Assembly: GCA_965602855.1 (NCBI GenBank)
Contig: CBFCZV010000006.1
Coordinates: 13,181 to 77,180, forward strand
DNA: 64,000 nucleotides
Origin: an uncultured Gammaproteobacteria bacterium
Lineage (GTDB): Bacteria > Pseudomonadota > Gammaproteobacteria > SZUA-229
Direction: 5' to 3'
In this document: positions 1-11,911 of the stretch, one piece after another
Numbering within the stretch: the stretch's first letter is position 1
Layout: each line of letters starts with the position of its first letter
Program-made: the position numbers and the translations under genes
Notes under the pieces: model-generated
What the model was told of the DNA's origin: nothing
Databases searched by the model: none
What the model saw: only the letters and a program-made list of their open reading frames with translations

Positions 1-96
1 GGTGCTCGCTCAGGCATGGTAAAGAACTTCCTGATATCACTGGGCTTTCAGGATGTTTATAATATAGGCAGTTATTCCAAATATGCCTTTTGTTAA
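1..96 (+). CDS. Rhodanese-like domain protein, 3' end only (runs off window)
   Basis: Frame 1 reads GARSGMVKNFLISLGFQDVYNIGSYSKYAFC*, which resembles the rhodanese C-terminal pattern (GxRS...L..LGF..VYN.G). Not in the ORF track; translated by eye. Confidence 0.65.
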   Translation, partial: GARSGMVKNFLISLGFQDVYNIGSYSKYAFC

Positions 97-116
97 ATAG
101 TCTTCAGGTTAATCAC

Positions 117-398
117 ATGAACTACGAGATCAGTGTCGAAAATATTAAATGTGGTGGTTGTGCTGGCACCATCATCAAAAAAGTGACTGAGCTTGATGGT
201 GTTGATAGCGCTGAAGTCGAAATTGAGGCGGGAATTGTGAAAATTGAGGCTAGAGAGGGGATTCGTGAGGCGCTGGTCGCTACTCTATTGAAACACGGTT
301 ATCCAGAAACAGGAACCGCTGAGGGCATGGCGGCTGCTAAAGCTAAGGCTAAATCCTTTGTTAGCTGCGCTGTAGGGCGTTTTAACGCTGATAAATAA
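117..398 (+). CDS. Heavy-metal-associated (HMA/CopZ-like) domain protein
   Basis: NIKCGGC metal-binding motif and C-terminal KAKSFVSCAVGR tail. ATG at 117 preferred over the TTG at 90, which overlaps the upstream gene. Confidence 0.85.
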   Translation: MNYEISVENIKCGGCAGTIIKKVTELDGVDSAEVEIEAGIVKIEAREGIREALVATLLKHGYPETGTAEGMAAAKAKAKSFVSCAVGRFNADK

Positions 399-435
399 AT
401 CGAAACGCCCAGTTTCGTGATATTCTACGCGCGCT

Positions 436-1473
436 ATGCGTACCGACGATTTCCACTTCGATCTTCCTGATGAGCTCATCGCTCAGCAACCCTGCGAGCA
501 GCGCACCGCTAGCCGTTTGCTACACCTGTCTCGCAGCCCTGAAACTGGCGAAGAAGCAATACAGCACCGCCATTTTAAAGATTTAGTCAAACTTCTGAAT
601 GCGGGCGATTTGCTGGTATTCAATGATACCCGTGTCATTCCGGCTCGCTTATACGGCCACAAAGCCACTGGCGGCAAAGTTGAGGTGCTGATCGAGCGCC
701 TGATTGACGAGAATCACTGCCTGGCGCACGTACGTGCCAGTAAAACACCCAAAGTTGATGCCTTGCTCCATATCGGAGATGACGGTGCTTACACATTAAA
801 AGTCGATGCTCGTCAAGGCAATCTGTTTGTTCTGAGTTCGAATAATGACGCCAAACTGACTGATATCATGCAGCAAGTTGGTCATATCCCTTTGCCACCT
901 TATATTACGCGTGCCGATGAAGCGGTCGATTTTGAACGTTATCAAACGGTGTATTCTAAAAGACCCGGTGCCGTTGCTGCGCCAACAGCTGGGCTTCATT
1001 TTGACGATGACCTGCTTGGGGAGCTGAAAGAGAAGGGTATTCAATCTACTTTTGTTACGCTGCACGTGGGGGCAGGCACTTTTCAGCCGGTACGTGCTGA
1101 AAATATTGAAGATCACCACATGCACTCTGAATATCTTGAAGTGAGTCAGGCGACGGTGGATATGTGTAGAGAGACCAGAGAACGAGGAGGCAGGGTAATT
1201 GCTGTCGGTACGACCGCTGTACGCTCACTGGAAACAGCCTCAGCCAGTGGCACGCTTCAGGCTTTTGCTGGTGAGACAGATATTTTCATCTATCCCGGCT
1301 ACGAGTTCCGCAGTGTCGATGCCATGGTCACCAATTTTCATTTATCTGAATCCACCTTATTGATGCTGGTTAGTGCTTTTGCAGGAAAAAAAGCTATCTT
1401 TGAAGCCTACCGACAAGCTATTGAAAACCGCTACCGTTTCTTTAGTTATGGTGACGCAATGTTCATTTCCTGA
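436..1473 (+). CDS. queA: S-adenosylmethionine:tRNA ribosyltransferase-isomerase
   Basis: [40 protein letters not shown] and [10 protein letters not shown] motifs; upstream of tgt. Confidence 0.98.
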   Translation: MRTDDFHFDLPDELIAQQPCEQRTASRLLHLSRSPETGEEAIQHRHFKDLVKLLNAGDLLVFNDTRVIPARLYGHKATGGKVEVLIERLIDENHCLAHVRASKTPKVDALLHIGDDGAYTLKVDARQGNLFVLSSNNDAKLTDIMQQVGHIPLPPYITRADEAVDFERYQTVYSKRPGAVAAPTAGLHFDDDLLGELKEKGIQSTFVTLHVGAGTFQPVRAENIEDHHMHSEYLEVSQATVDMCRETRERGGRVIAVGTTAVRSLETASASGTLQAFAGETDIFIYPGYEFRSVDAMVTNFHLSESTLLMLVSAFAGKKAIFEAYRQAIENRYRFFSYGDAMFIS

Positions 1474-1492
1474 GCGCGAAAAATAAAAATAA

Positions 1493-2626
<1,134 letters not shown>

Positions 2627-2692
2627 CCCTTATCGGACGGGGTATCTGTGGCATAATATCGCGCTTTAAGAAAACAGAAACTGGGAAAACTA

Positions 2693-3028
2693 ATGAGCTT
2701 TTTTATATCTGATGCAATGGCAGAAGCCGCGGCAGCAACACCGGGGCAACCCGAACTCGTTTCACTGATGTTACCTATTGGTCTGGTCGTGCTTTTCTAC
2801 TTCCTCCTGATCCGTCCCCAAAGCAAGCGCCAGAAAGAACATAAGTCCATGGTTGAGACGATTCAGAAGGGCGAGGAAGTCGTCACAGCAGGTGGTGTCC
2901 TGGGCAAAATCACCAATGTGGGTGAGAATTTTGTCGCTCTGGAAATCAGTAAAGATGTCACCATCCATATACAGAAAAATTCCATACAGGCCGTCATGCC
3001 TAAAGGCACCATAAAAGATCAACAATAA
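2693..3028 (+). CDS. yajC: Preprotein translocase subunit YajC
   Basis: FYFLLIRPQSKRQKEH motif; tgt-yajC-secD-secF synteny. Confidence 0.97.
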   Translation: MSFFISDAMAEAAAATPGQPELVSLMLPIGLVVLFYFLLIRPQSKRQKEHKSMVETIQKGEEVVTAGGVLGKITNVGENFVALEISKDVTIHIQKNSIQAVMPKGTIKDQQ

Positions 3029-3049
3029 AGAATAAGGAATCCATCAGCC

Positions 3050-4900
3050 ATGCTGAACCAGTATCCATTGTGGAAATACCTGATGTTAGCCATTGTGCTA
3101 CTCACAGGTAGTATCTATGCATTACCGAATCTCTACGGAGAAGATCCATCAGTTCAAATCTCTCATCGCTCAGATGCGTTAGAAGAAAATGACCGTCTGG
3201 CCATTGAACAGGTCCTGACCAAGGCTGAGATCACCTTCAAACGTATCGAACTTGATGATAAAAAAGTACTGGTTCGTTTTGATGACGAGCAAATACAACT
3301 CAAAGCGGCTGATGCACTAAAAGCTTCTCTGGATAAAAAATATCTGATTGCACTCAATCTCGCTGCGGCCACACCTGACTGGTTACGCTCACTCAATGCG
3401 TCGCCCATGTATCTTGGTCTTGATCTGCGTGGTGGTATTCATTTCCTGATGGAAGTTGATATGCACGCGGCAATTAAACGCGTCGAAGAAAGCCTGCTTT
3501 CTGATATCCGTACTTTCTTACGAGAGGAAAAAATTCGTTATCGTGGTGTGCGTCGTGATGAGAATACACTGCACGTTGAATTTCGTGATGCTGATAACAT
3601 GGATAAAGCACTGTCTAAACTTGAAAGACAATTCAGCCAACTGGACTTTATTCAGCATGACGAGCAGCTCAGCATCACGGCAAAATTAACCGAAGTTGCT
3701 ATCCGTGATGAAAAGAAATTTGCCTTGCAGCAAAATATTATTACTTTGCGCAATCGTGTTAACGAACTCGGTGTTGCTGAACCCATTATTCAGCAGCAGG
3801 GTGATTCACGTATTGTTGTTCAACTGCCTGGTATTCAGGATTCTGCTCGTGCTAAAGCCATTCTTGGTGGCACCGCCACACTTGAGTTCAGACTCACCGA
3901 AGGTGAGGTTGCAGACTGGTACAGCGCTGAAGATTCGGGTCGTGTTCCAGTAAAAGCATTGATGTACCACGAACGCAGTGGCAGTCCAGTTTTACTGAGC
4001 CGCCGTGTGATTGTGACTGGTGACATGATCACCGATGCAGCGTCAACCATCGATACAGAAAAAGGTGTGCCTGCTGTAAGCGTTAGCCTGAATGGTAAGG
4101 GCGCTAAAAAGATGAACGACACCACGCGAGAAAACGTCGGTCATAAAATGGCTGTAGTCTTTATCGAAAACAAAGTCACAACCAAAAAGGTTGGCGATGA
4201 AATGATAAAGCAACGCAGCACAACAAAAGAAGTAATCAATGTTGCAACCATTCAAGGTGTTTTCGGTGCAAGGTTCCAGATTACGGGCCTGGAATCACAG
4301 GAAGCACGTGACCTTTCGCTGTTGCTACGTGCAGGCTCCCTTAGAGCGCCGGTAGAAATCATTGAAGAACGCACCATTGGCCCAAGCCTGGGTGCGGATA
4401 ATATTAATAAAGGCTTCCGCTCAGTAATGATCGGCTTTATGTTAGTACTTATCTTTATGGCGGTGTATTACAGAGCTTTTGGTTTAATCGCCAACCTGGC
4501 ACTGACCGTTAATCTTGTGTTGCTTATCGCTATTCTCTCAATGCTACAGGCCACCTTAACGCTGCCTGGTATTGCAGGTATTGTTTTAACCGTGGGTATG
4601 GCTGTAGATGCAAACGTGCTTATCTTCGAGAGAATAAGGGAAGAGTTACGTAATGGTAATTCGGTACAGGCCAGTATTCATGCCGGTTATGAAAAAGCCT
4701 TTAGCACCATTACCGATGCCAATATTACTACTTTAATCGCTGCCATCGTTTTGTTCAGCCTTGGTACGGGCCCTATAAAAGGATTCGCGATAACTTTATG
4801 TATCGGCATTGTTACTTCAATGTTTACTGCCATCGTCGGCACGCGCGCCATTGTGAACCTTGTTTACGGCAATCGTAATCTTGACAAAATATCAATATAA
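3050..4900 (+). CDS. secD: Protein translocase subunit SecD
   Basis: LGLDLRGG, RNRVNELGVAEP, IGPSLG and GMAVDANVLIFERIREE motifs. Confidence 0.98.
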   Translation: MLNQYPLWKYLMLAIVLLTGSIYALPNLYGEDPSVQISHRSDALEENDRLAIEQVLTKAEITFKRIELDDKKVLVRFDDEQIQLKAADALKASLDKKYLIALNLAAATPDWLRSLNASPMYLGLDLRGGIHFLMEVDMHAAIKRVEESLLSDIRTFLREEKIRYRGVRRDENTLHVEFRDADNMDKALSKLERQFSQLDFIQHDEQLSITAKLTEVAIRDEKKFALQQNIITLRNRVNELGVAEPIIQQQGDSRIVVQLPGIQDSARAKAILGGTATLEFRLTEGEVADWYSAEDSGRVPVKALMYHERSGSPVLLSRRVIVTGDMITDAASTIDTEKGVPAVSVSLNGKGAKKMNDTTRENVGHKMAVVFIENKVTTKKVGDEMIKQRSTTKEVINVATIQGVFGARFQITGLESQEARDLSLLLRAGSLRAPVEIIEERTIGPSLGADNINKGFRSVMIGFMLVLIFMAVYYRAFGLIANLALTVNLVLLIAILSMLQATLTLPGIAGIVLTVGMAVDANVLIFERIREELRNGNSVQASIHAGYEKAFSTITDANITTLIAAIVLFSLGTGPIKGFAITLCIGIVTSMFTAIVGTRAIVNLVYGNRNLDKISI

Positions 4901-4915
4901 AAAGAATCAAAGCAT

Positions 4916-5851
4916 ATGAAATTTTTAAACGGAAAACTAAATATTGACTTTATGGGTAAGCGCAAACTTGCGCTAACAATCTCATCACTGTTGATTATTT
5001 TATCCATCGCAAGCCTGGCTAAAAACGGCCTTAATCTTGGTATCGACTTTACTGGCGGCTACCTTATCGAAGTTGGCTATCCCAATGATGCAGATATTGA
5101 ATCCATTCGTAATGCTTTAGCCGACAACAACTTTAAAGATGCTCAGGTTCAAAACTTTGGCACCAGTAAAGATGTTTTAATACGTATAGCACCTTCCAGT
5201 GATATTAATAAAGCCAGCATCAGTGATCAAATACTCAGCACGCTAAAGCGGGGCAGTGAACAAACAATTGAAATGCGCCGCGTTGAATTTGTCGGTCCAC
5301 AGGTAGGAGCAGAACTACGCGATCAGGGTGGCATGGCGATGCTGGTAGCACTGTTTTTTATTCTTGTTTATGTCAGCCTTCGTTTTCAGTTTAAATCTGC
5401 CGTAGGTGCAATTTTAGCTCTGATACACGATGTTATTATCACCGTGGGTTGTTTTTCAATTCTTCAACTCGATTTTGATTTGAGTGTGCTTGCAGCCATA
5501 CTGGCTATCATCGGTTACTCATTGAACGATACTGTTGTTGTACTTGATCGTATTCGTGAAACATTCAGAAGCGTCAGAAAAACCAATCCTGGCGAGATTA
5601 TTAACCTCTCAATTAATCAAACATTGTCTCGTACATTAATGACATCGTTGACTACATTAATTGTGCTTTTTTCATTATTTTTCCTTGGCGGTGAAGTTAT
5701 TCACGGCTTTGCAACAGCTCTTATCATCGGCGTTGTTATCGGTACATACTCATCTATCTACGTTGCAAGTAGCACCCTGATGGCCATGAATATTACAAAA
5801 CATGATTTTCTGGTTCAGGCTAAAGAAGAAGTTGTTGACGATATGCCATAA
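4916..5851 (+). CDS. secF: Protein translocase subunit SecF
   Basis: LGIDFTGG, VGPQVG, GYSLNDTVVVLDRIRE and GTYSSIYVA motifs. Confidence 0.98.
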   Translation: MKFLNGKLNIDFMGKRKLALTISSLLIILSIASLAKNGLNLGIDFTGGYLIEVGYPNDADIESIRNALADNNFKDAQVQNFGTSKDVLIRIAPSSDINKASISDQILSTLKRGSEQTIEMRRVEFVGPQVGAELRDQGGMAMLVALFFILVYVSLRFQFKSAVGAILALIHDVIITVGCFSILQLDFDLSVLAAILAIIGYSLNDTVVVLDRIRETFRSVRKTNPGEIINLSINQTLSRTLMTSLTTLIVLFSLFFLGGEVIHGFATALIIGVVIGTYSSIYVASSTLMAMNITKHDFLVQAKEEVVDDMP

Positions 5852-5893
5852 CAAAAAATATCTTTTAATAATAAAAATAACACGAAAAGAACT

Positions 5894-6808
5894 ATGCATG
5901 AAAAAGCGCTCAATATGATCACCTCCATTAACTACAAAAGTTACTGGGCTTTATGCAAACCGAAAGTAGTAGCATTAATTATTTTTACCGCAGTGGTAGG
6001 GATGTTGCTGGCATCACCTGATGGTATTCCATGGCATGCTTTGTTCTTTGGGACATTAGGCATAGGTATAGGCGCTGCATCTGGTGCCGCAATGAACCAC
6101 TGGGTAGACTTTCGCATCGACGGGGTAATGGACCGCACTAGTAACCGCCCGTTACCACAGGGTGATTTACCACCTTATGCCGCATTAATATTTTCTTTAG
6201 TGCTTGCAGTTATATCCAGTTTTATACTTATTGTATTTGTAAATAACATTACTGCTGTTCTGACATTCCTGTCATTGATTGGTTACGCCGTTATTTACAC
6301 AATGTATCTTAAAAGATCGACACCCATGAATATCGTATTGGGCGGGGCAGCAGGGGCAGCGCCTCCATTACTGGGCTGGGCGGCGGTCACTAATGAAGTG
6401 CCAGCAGAGGCGCTGTTATTATTTCTAATTATATTTGTCTGGACACCACCTCACTTCTGGGCTCTGGCCATAAAACGACGTGAAGAATACCGTGCAGCAG
6501 GAATTCCAATGCTGCCAGTTACTCATGGAGTTGATGTTACGAAAAAACAAATATTACTCTACACCATTTTGCTGGTGGCTGTTTCAGTCATGCCATTTTT
6601 CATCCAGATGAGTGGCCTGATTTATCTTAGTGGCGCTATCGCACTGGGCATTGGTTTTCTTTATTACGCGATTAAACTTTATCGTGAGGGAACTGATGAG
6701 GTCGCAGTAAAAACATTCAGCTACTCAATTTTATACCTGAGTTTGCTTTTTGGTTTCCTGTTACTCGATCACTACGTAAGATTGATTATTCGCACTTACT
6801 TCATGTAG
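5894..6808 (+). CDS. ctaB: Protoheme IX farnesyltransferase (heme o synthase)
   Basis: LCKPKV, D..MDRTSNRPLP, YTMYLKR and WTPPHFWALA motifs (CyoE/CtaB family). Confidence 0.95.
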   Translation: MHEKALNMITSINYKSYWALCKPKVVALIIFTAVVGMLLASPDGIPWHALFFGTLGIGIGAASGAAMNHWVDFRIDGVMDRTSNRPLPQGDLPPYAALIFSLVLAVISSFILIVFVNNITAVLTFLSLIGYAVIYTMYLKRSTPMNIVLGGAAGAAPPLLGWAAVTNEVPAEALLLFLIIFVWTPPHFWALAIKRREEYRAAGIPMLPVTHGVDVTKKQILLYTILLVAVSVMPFFIQMSGLIYLSGAIALGIGFLYYAIKLYREGTDEVAVKTFSYSILYLSLLFGFLLLDHYVRLIIRTYFM

Positions 6809-6814
6809 TCATTA

Positions 6815-6835
6815 GAGGTGCGCCATGCGCACCTC
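6815..6835. terminator. Hairpin between convergent genes (possible terminator)
   Basis: Perfect inverted repeat GAGGTGCGC-CAT-GCGCACCTC; no strong U-tract. Confidence 0.5.
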
Positions 6836-6850
6836 GCTATTTCAGAAAAA

Positions 6851-8218
6851 CTAAACCTTTGCTGGCCACATCGCTTTAATTGCGACCACTACAAAGATTA
6901 AACCACCAATAATCGCAATCAAGCCGCCCAATCCCATCATTGCCATACCGGCAATCTCGGGCAGGTTCTCAAGTCCCTGCGCACTGCCCGCAGTCTTACG
7001 CTGCACACCATAACCACCTGACCAGGCGAGTCCAAGAATGTGCATCATCTGGCCACCACCATAAATCCAGGGCTGGATTCTGGCAGCACGTGAAGTTGCT
7101 GGGCGAAAGCCTAATTTTGGAAGCAGGTAGTAGGTCAATCCCATGAAGGCCAGTGTCACACCAACAATCGAGCCATGATAGTGAGCGGGTATGACTACAT
7201 TCACACCTTCAATCATAAAACCAAGAATGCCGCCGGCACCAAATAAAATGATCGATGCCAACAATGCATTACGAGCAGGGCGATGATGATCCTCAACCAT
7301 ACGCGTAGAAAATACGCTAAATATAACGATTAATGACAAGGGCAATGTGGTTAAGCCACCAAAGCGCATTAATTGTGTGAAGCCATCTCTATGCTCCTGA
7401 GACGTGATGTCGTACATCATATAGAGAGGTATGGCAAAAAACACCGGTGCCACAGCAATCGCAAATAAGATTCGCAATGTTGTCGGAGCAATATTAATAC
7501 CTGAACCCGTTGCAGAGGCCAGCCATAGCCAGACGAGTAGCAACATGACACTGTGCGTAAATTGCAAAATATGACCGCCGCCCCAGAATAGAGCTTCAAA
7601 ATCGGCAACTTCTTCTAATGTGCCTGTCAGGCCTGAATATGAAGCGATCAGCGCCACGATTGAAAGCAGAGCGGCAATGGCAGCCATTTTTAATGCAAAT
7701 GGCAACGCAGAGGATGTCTGCTCTTTTGATGCGAAGAACAGGGCACGTAAAATCAGAATCAGAAATCCTGTGGCAAACAGATATAAGCCGGTAAAAAACA
7801 CCGGATGTACCAGTACAGGTACATAATTATTCATCAGGGGTTTGTCAGCACCCAAAAATGGTGCAATGGCGATTACGACCGTACCTGCTACGCATAACCA
7901 GAAACTGAGCTTTGCCATCCAGATCACGCGCCCATTATCGAGCAAGGCCCAGAGTACACCCTCGAATGCGAGGAACCAGATCAGCACCGATAGCACGACA
8001 TGAATAACCAGAGCAATATGGAAAAAATCAAGCAGGGGGATCATGTCCGATATCGCGGGAGTTCTGGATAACACCAACAAAATTGAATAGAAGCCGGAGG
8101 CCACCAGTGCGGCAATGCCTAGTGTCAGCCAAAGTCTCGCCAGCTTTGTTTGTGCTGAATTATTCGCGGAATCCTGGACTGGATTATCAATATGCAATTC
8201 AAGTGCTGCGTTGTTCAT
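6851..8218 (-). CDS. Heme-copper oxidase subunit I-like membrane protein (atypical)
   Basis: Multi-TM protein with IHVVLSVLIW, FWGGGH, PAHYHG and GGYGVQRK motifs of the COX1 superfamily. Start placed at ATG 8218 (MNNAAL); the ORF track extends to 8323. Confidence 0.75.
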   Translation of the reverse strand: MNNAALELHIDNPVQDSANNSAQTKLARLWLTLGIAALVASGFYSILLVLSRTPAISDMIPLLDFFHIALVIHVVLSVLIWFLAFEGVLWALLDNGRVIWMAKLSFWLCVAGTVVIAIAPFLGADKPLMNNYVPVLVHPVFFTGLYLFATGFLILILRALFFASKEQTSSALPFALKMAAIAALLSIVALIASYSGLTGTLEEVADFEALFWGGGHILQFTHSVMLLLVWLWLASATGSGINIAPTTLRILFAIAVAPVFFAIPLYMMYDITSQEHRDGFTQLMRFGGLTTLPLSLIVIFSVFSTRMVEDHHRPARNALLASIILFGAGGILGFMIEGVNVVIPAHYHGSIVGVTLAFMGLTYYLLPKLGFRPATSRAARIQPWIYGGGQMMHILGLAWSGGYGVQRKTAGSAQGLENLPEIAGMAMMGLGGLIAIIGGLIFVVVAIKAMWPAKV

Positions 8219-8458
8219 AACGATATGGTGCTCTGACAAATAAAACGATGTGGATTCTAACAGAGCAGAGCTAAGACCATGAAACTTTTGTATATTCCGG
8301 TGTTTTGAACATAAACACGCCATTTAACATAATATACATTATGCGCACATGAGTATGTAATTAGACTATATAAAGGGTAAACCGCAATATACTACTTGTG
8401 TTTACAGTTAAGGACTGGATAATGCTCGATTTCATACCATTAGACGATAACAAAATAC

Positions 8459-11400
8459 GTGCTCAAACCTAAGTTACCCAATCAAATTACTATGATGACA
8501 AACTGGAGCCGCCTCTATGGCAGTTCCTTTGCGCTGGCTATTGTCGAAGCTGCAAAACAGTTTGACCAAGGGCCTGTGGTTATCATCGTTGAGGATATTG
8601 CACACGCAGATTCACTCACCAATGAAATCAAGTTTTACGCTTCATCCTCGATCAATATCTTCCATCTGCCAGATTGGGAAACACTACCTTACGACGTGTT
8701 CTCGCCACATCAGGACATCGTCTCAGAGCGCCTGAAAACGCTTTACCAGCTCCAGAACATACAGGCCGGTGATATTCTTTTATTGCCTGTCACCACGCTG
8801 CTACAAAAGCTCACACCTAAAAAATATATCAGCGATAGTGTCCTGATCTTTGAACCAGGTCAAAAAATGGATACGCACGAATTTAGAACCGATCTAGAAT
8901 CGGCTGGTTATTCGTATGTGTCACAAGTGATGGAACACGGCGAATTTACCGTGCGTGGCTCTATTATTGATATTTTCCCATCAGGTTCATCAACACCTTT
9001 CAGAATTGATCTGTTTGACGATGAAATTGAATCAATAAGGAACTTTGACCCCGGTAATCAACGCTCAGACAAAAAAATTGATGCTATCGAATTACTCCCG
9101 GCTCGAGAATTCCCCACTGATAAGGAAGGCATAAAATTATTTCGAGAAAATTATCGACAGCAAATTATTGGTGATCCCTTACAAAGCATTATTTACAGCA
9201 GTATCAGCGACGGCCTGATACCCACAGGCATCGAATATTATTTGCCGCTATTTTTTAATGAGCTTGAAACAACTTTTGATTACATCCCTGATGGCTCCTT
9301 ATTTATACAACCTGATAATCTGGCAGAAATAATTGAATCCTTTACTCAGGATTTAGAATCACGTTATGAACAGCGCCGACACGATGTTGAGCGCCCTATT
9401 CTTTCACCAGAATTAATATTCCTTGGCAACAAGGAAATCGAACAACAAATTAGTCATTATTCACGAATTAATGTAACCAGATACAGCAGTGTTGATAATG
9501 AAAACAATCTTCCGGTAAAAAGACCACCAGAGCTAAAACTTAATACCCAAAGTGCAGATCCCTCTTCAGCGCTAACTGCTTTTCTTCAGGAATACACCGG
9601 TCGAATACTTTTTGCCGCCGAAACTCCGGGGCGTAGAGAAATAATTAGCGAATTATTACGCACACACCATATCTATCCGAAACTGTGCGAAACCTGGGAC
9701 GACTTCATCAATGCAGAAGAGCCAATATGCTTAACTGTTTTTGAAATAGAAAACGGTCTCAATTTAATCGAACCTGAATTGTGTGTCATCACCGAGCCAC
9801 AGATTTATGGCCAGCGTGCAATTCAAAAACGACGTCGAAAAAAACGTGGTTTAGATCCCGACGCCGTTGTTAAAAATTTAACCGATCTGAATATTGGATC
9901 ACCGGTTGTGCATCTTGATCATGGTGTTGGCCTATATCTTGGCTTACAAAAACTTTCTGGCTCAGAATTTGATACTGAATTTCTAACCATTGAATATGCT
10001 GGAGGTGACAAACTTTATGTTCCTGTTTCATCACTGCATCTTATTAGTCGATACACAGGCGCATCACAAGACCATGCACCCATGCACAAGCTCGGCACAG
10101 AGCAATGGTCAAAAGCTAAAAACAAAGCAGTTAAAAAAGCCCGTGATGTGGCCGCAGAGTTATTAGATATACACGCCCGTCGTGCAGCAGCCAAAGGCAG
10201 AAAATATGAAGTCAATCAGGATGAATATCAAAGCTTCTGCAATGGTTTCCCCTTCGAAGAAACTGAAGATCAGGAAACAACCATATTAAGCGTGCTGGAA
10301 GATTTGAGCAATTCAACACCGATGGATCGAGTTGTTTGTGGTGACGTTGGTTTTGGTAAAACAGAAGTGGCCATGCGTGCTGCTTTTGCTGTTGCCAATA
10401 CCGGCAAGCAGGTTGCAATACTGGTTCCCACCACCCTGCTCGCACAGCAGCATTATCAAAACTTTAGTGACCGCTTTGCCGACTGGCCAATTAAAGTTGA
10501 AGGCCTGACGCGTTTTAATAGTGCAAAAAAACAACAGGCTATTCTTGATGAATTAGCAGCAGGTAAAGTTGATATTGTGGTGGGCACACACAAATTACTG
10601 CAAAAAACTGTTAAGTATAAAGATCTTGGTTTAGTTATTATCGATGAGGAGCATCGTTTTGGTGTTAAGCATAAAGAGCAAATGAAATCACTGCGTTCAG
10701 AAATTGATATTTTAACGCTCACTGCTACGCCTATTCCGAGAACACTGAACATGTCATTAGCGGGTATACGCGATCTTTCCATTATGGCCACCCCACCCCA
10801 TCATCGCCATTCAATTAATACTTTTGTTTGCCAATGGGATGAGGTTGCTATTAAAGAAGCCTGCCAGCGTGAATTGAAACGTGGTGGCCAAATTTACTTC
10901 CTGCACAATGAAGTTAAAACCATAGAGAAAATTACTAACGAATTAAAAAAATTATTGCCCGAAGCAAAAATAGCCTTTGCTCACGGACAGATGCCAGAAA
11001 GAGATCTTGAGCAGATCATGCTGGATTTTTATCACCAGCGATACAATATACTCGTTGCCACCACTATTATTGAAAGCGGCATTGATGTGCCTACGGCTAA
11101 CACCATCATTATCAACAGAGCCGACAAACTAGGTCTGTCTCAGCTCCATCAAATTCGTGGCCGTGTTGGTCGCTCTCATCACAGAGCCTATGCCTATTTG
11201 ATTACGCCGCCTGAATCATTACTCACAGATGACGCAAAGAAACGCCTCGATGCCATCGAGTCACTGGAAGACCTGGGTGTTGGCTTCACGCTCGCCACAC
11301 ACGATCTGGAAATTCGTGGTGCCGGTGAACTACTGGGCGAAAATCAAAGTGGCCAGATAACAGAAATTGGTTTTAGCCTCTACAGTGAATTATTGGAAAA

Positions 11401-11899
11401 AGCCGTTGAATCATTGAAGAAAGGTGAAAGCACAAATATACCCCTTAATTCAGGCGTGGAAATCGATTTAGGCATGCCCGCCATCATCCCAGACGATTAT
11501 GTACATGATATACATCTACGTTTAATTTTGTACAAACGCATCGCCAGTGCTAAAAATTCAAATGAACTGGACGAGCTTCGGGTTGAATTTATCGACCGTT
11601 TTGGTTTATTGCCCGACAGCACCAAAAACCTTTTTGCAGTGACTGAGGTTAAACTACTGGCTGAAAATGCAGGCATCTCAAAAATTGATACCAATGACAA
11701 TGGCTTTAGAGTGACTTTCACTGAACAACCCAACATTAACCCAGCAAAACTGATAGAGTTAATTCAAACGCAATCTTCCATCTATCAATTTAATGGCACT
11801 GACATGTTGCGAATTGCAGCTGATATGGATGATGAAGACTACAGCAAACGAACTGATGCCATTACACAAGTTATTAACACATTAATCTCACAAGAATAA
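8459..11899 (+). CDS. mfd: Transcription-repair coupling factor
   Basis: PDWETLPYD, CGDVGFGKTEVA, IIDEEHRFGV, TATPIPRTL and QIRGRVGRS motifs; 1146 aa. Confidence 0.98.
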   Translation: MLKPKLPNQITMMTNWSRLYGSSFALAIVEAAKQFDQGPVVIIVEDIAHADSLTNEIKFYASSSINIFHLPDWETLPYDVFSPHQDIVSERLKTLYQLQNIQAGDILLLPVTTLLQKLTPKKYISDSVLIFEPGQKMDTHEFRTDLESAGYSYVSQVMEHGEFTVRGSIIDIFPSGSSTPFRIDLFDDEIESIRNFDPGNQRSDKKIDAIELLPAREFPTDKEGIKLFRENYRQQIIGDPLQSIIYSSISDGLIPTGIEYYLPLFFNELETTFDYIPDGSLFIQPDNLAEIIESFTQDLESRYEQRRHDVERPILSPELIFLGNKEIEQQISHYSRINVTRYSSVDNENNLPVKRPPELKLNTQSADPSSALTAFLQEYTGRILFAAETPGRREIISELLRTHHIYPKLCETWDDFINAEEPICLTVFEIENGLNLIEPELCVITEPQIYGQRAIQKRRRKKRGLDPDAVVKNLTDLNIGSPVVHLDHGVGLYLGLQKLSGSEFDTEFLTIEYAGGDKLYVPVSSLHLISRYTGASQDHAPMHKLGTEQWSKAKNKAVKKARDVAAELLDIHARRAAAKGRKYEVNQDEYQSFCNGFPFEETEDQETTILSVLEDLSNSTPMDRVVCGDVGFGKTEVAMRAAFAVANTGKQVAILVPTTLLAQQHYQNFSDRFADWPIKVEGLTRFNSAKKQQAILDELAAGKVDIVVGTHKLLQKTVKYKDLGLVIIDEEHRFGVKHKEQMKSLRSEIDILTLTATPIPRTLNMSLAGIRDLSIMATPPHHRHSINTFVCQWDEVAIKEACQRELKRGGQIYFLHNEVKTIEKITNELKKLLPEAKIAFAHGQMPERDLEQIMLDFYHQRYNILVATTIIESGIDVPTANTIIINRADKLGLSQLHQIRGRVGRSHHRAYAYLITPPESLLTDDAKKRLDAIESLEDLGVGFTLATHDLEIRGAGELLGENQSGQITEIGFSLYSELLEKAVESLKKGESTNIPLNSGVEIDLGMPAIIPDDYVHDIHLRLILYKRIASAKNSNELDELRVEFIDRFGLLPDSTKNLFAVTEVKLLAENAGISKIDTNDNGFRVTFTEQPNINPAKLIELIQTQSSIYQFNGTDMLRIAADMDDEDYSKRTDAITQVINTLISQE

Positions 11900-11911
11900 T
11901 ATAATCAGGCA

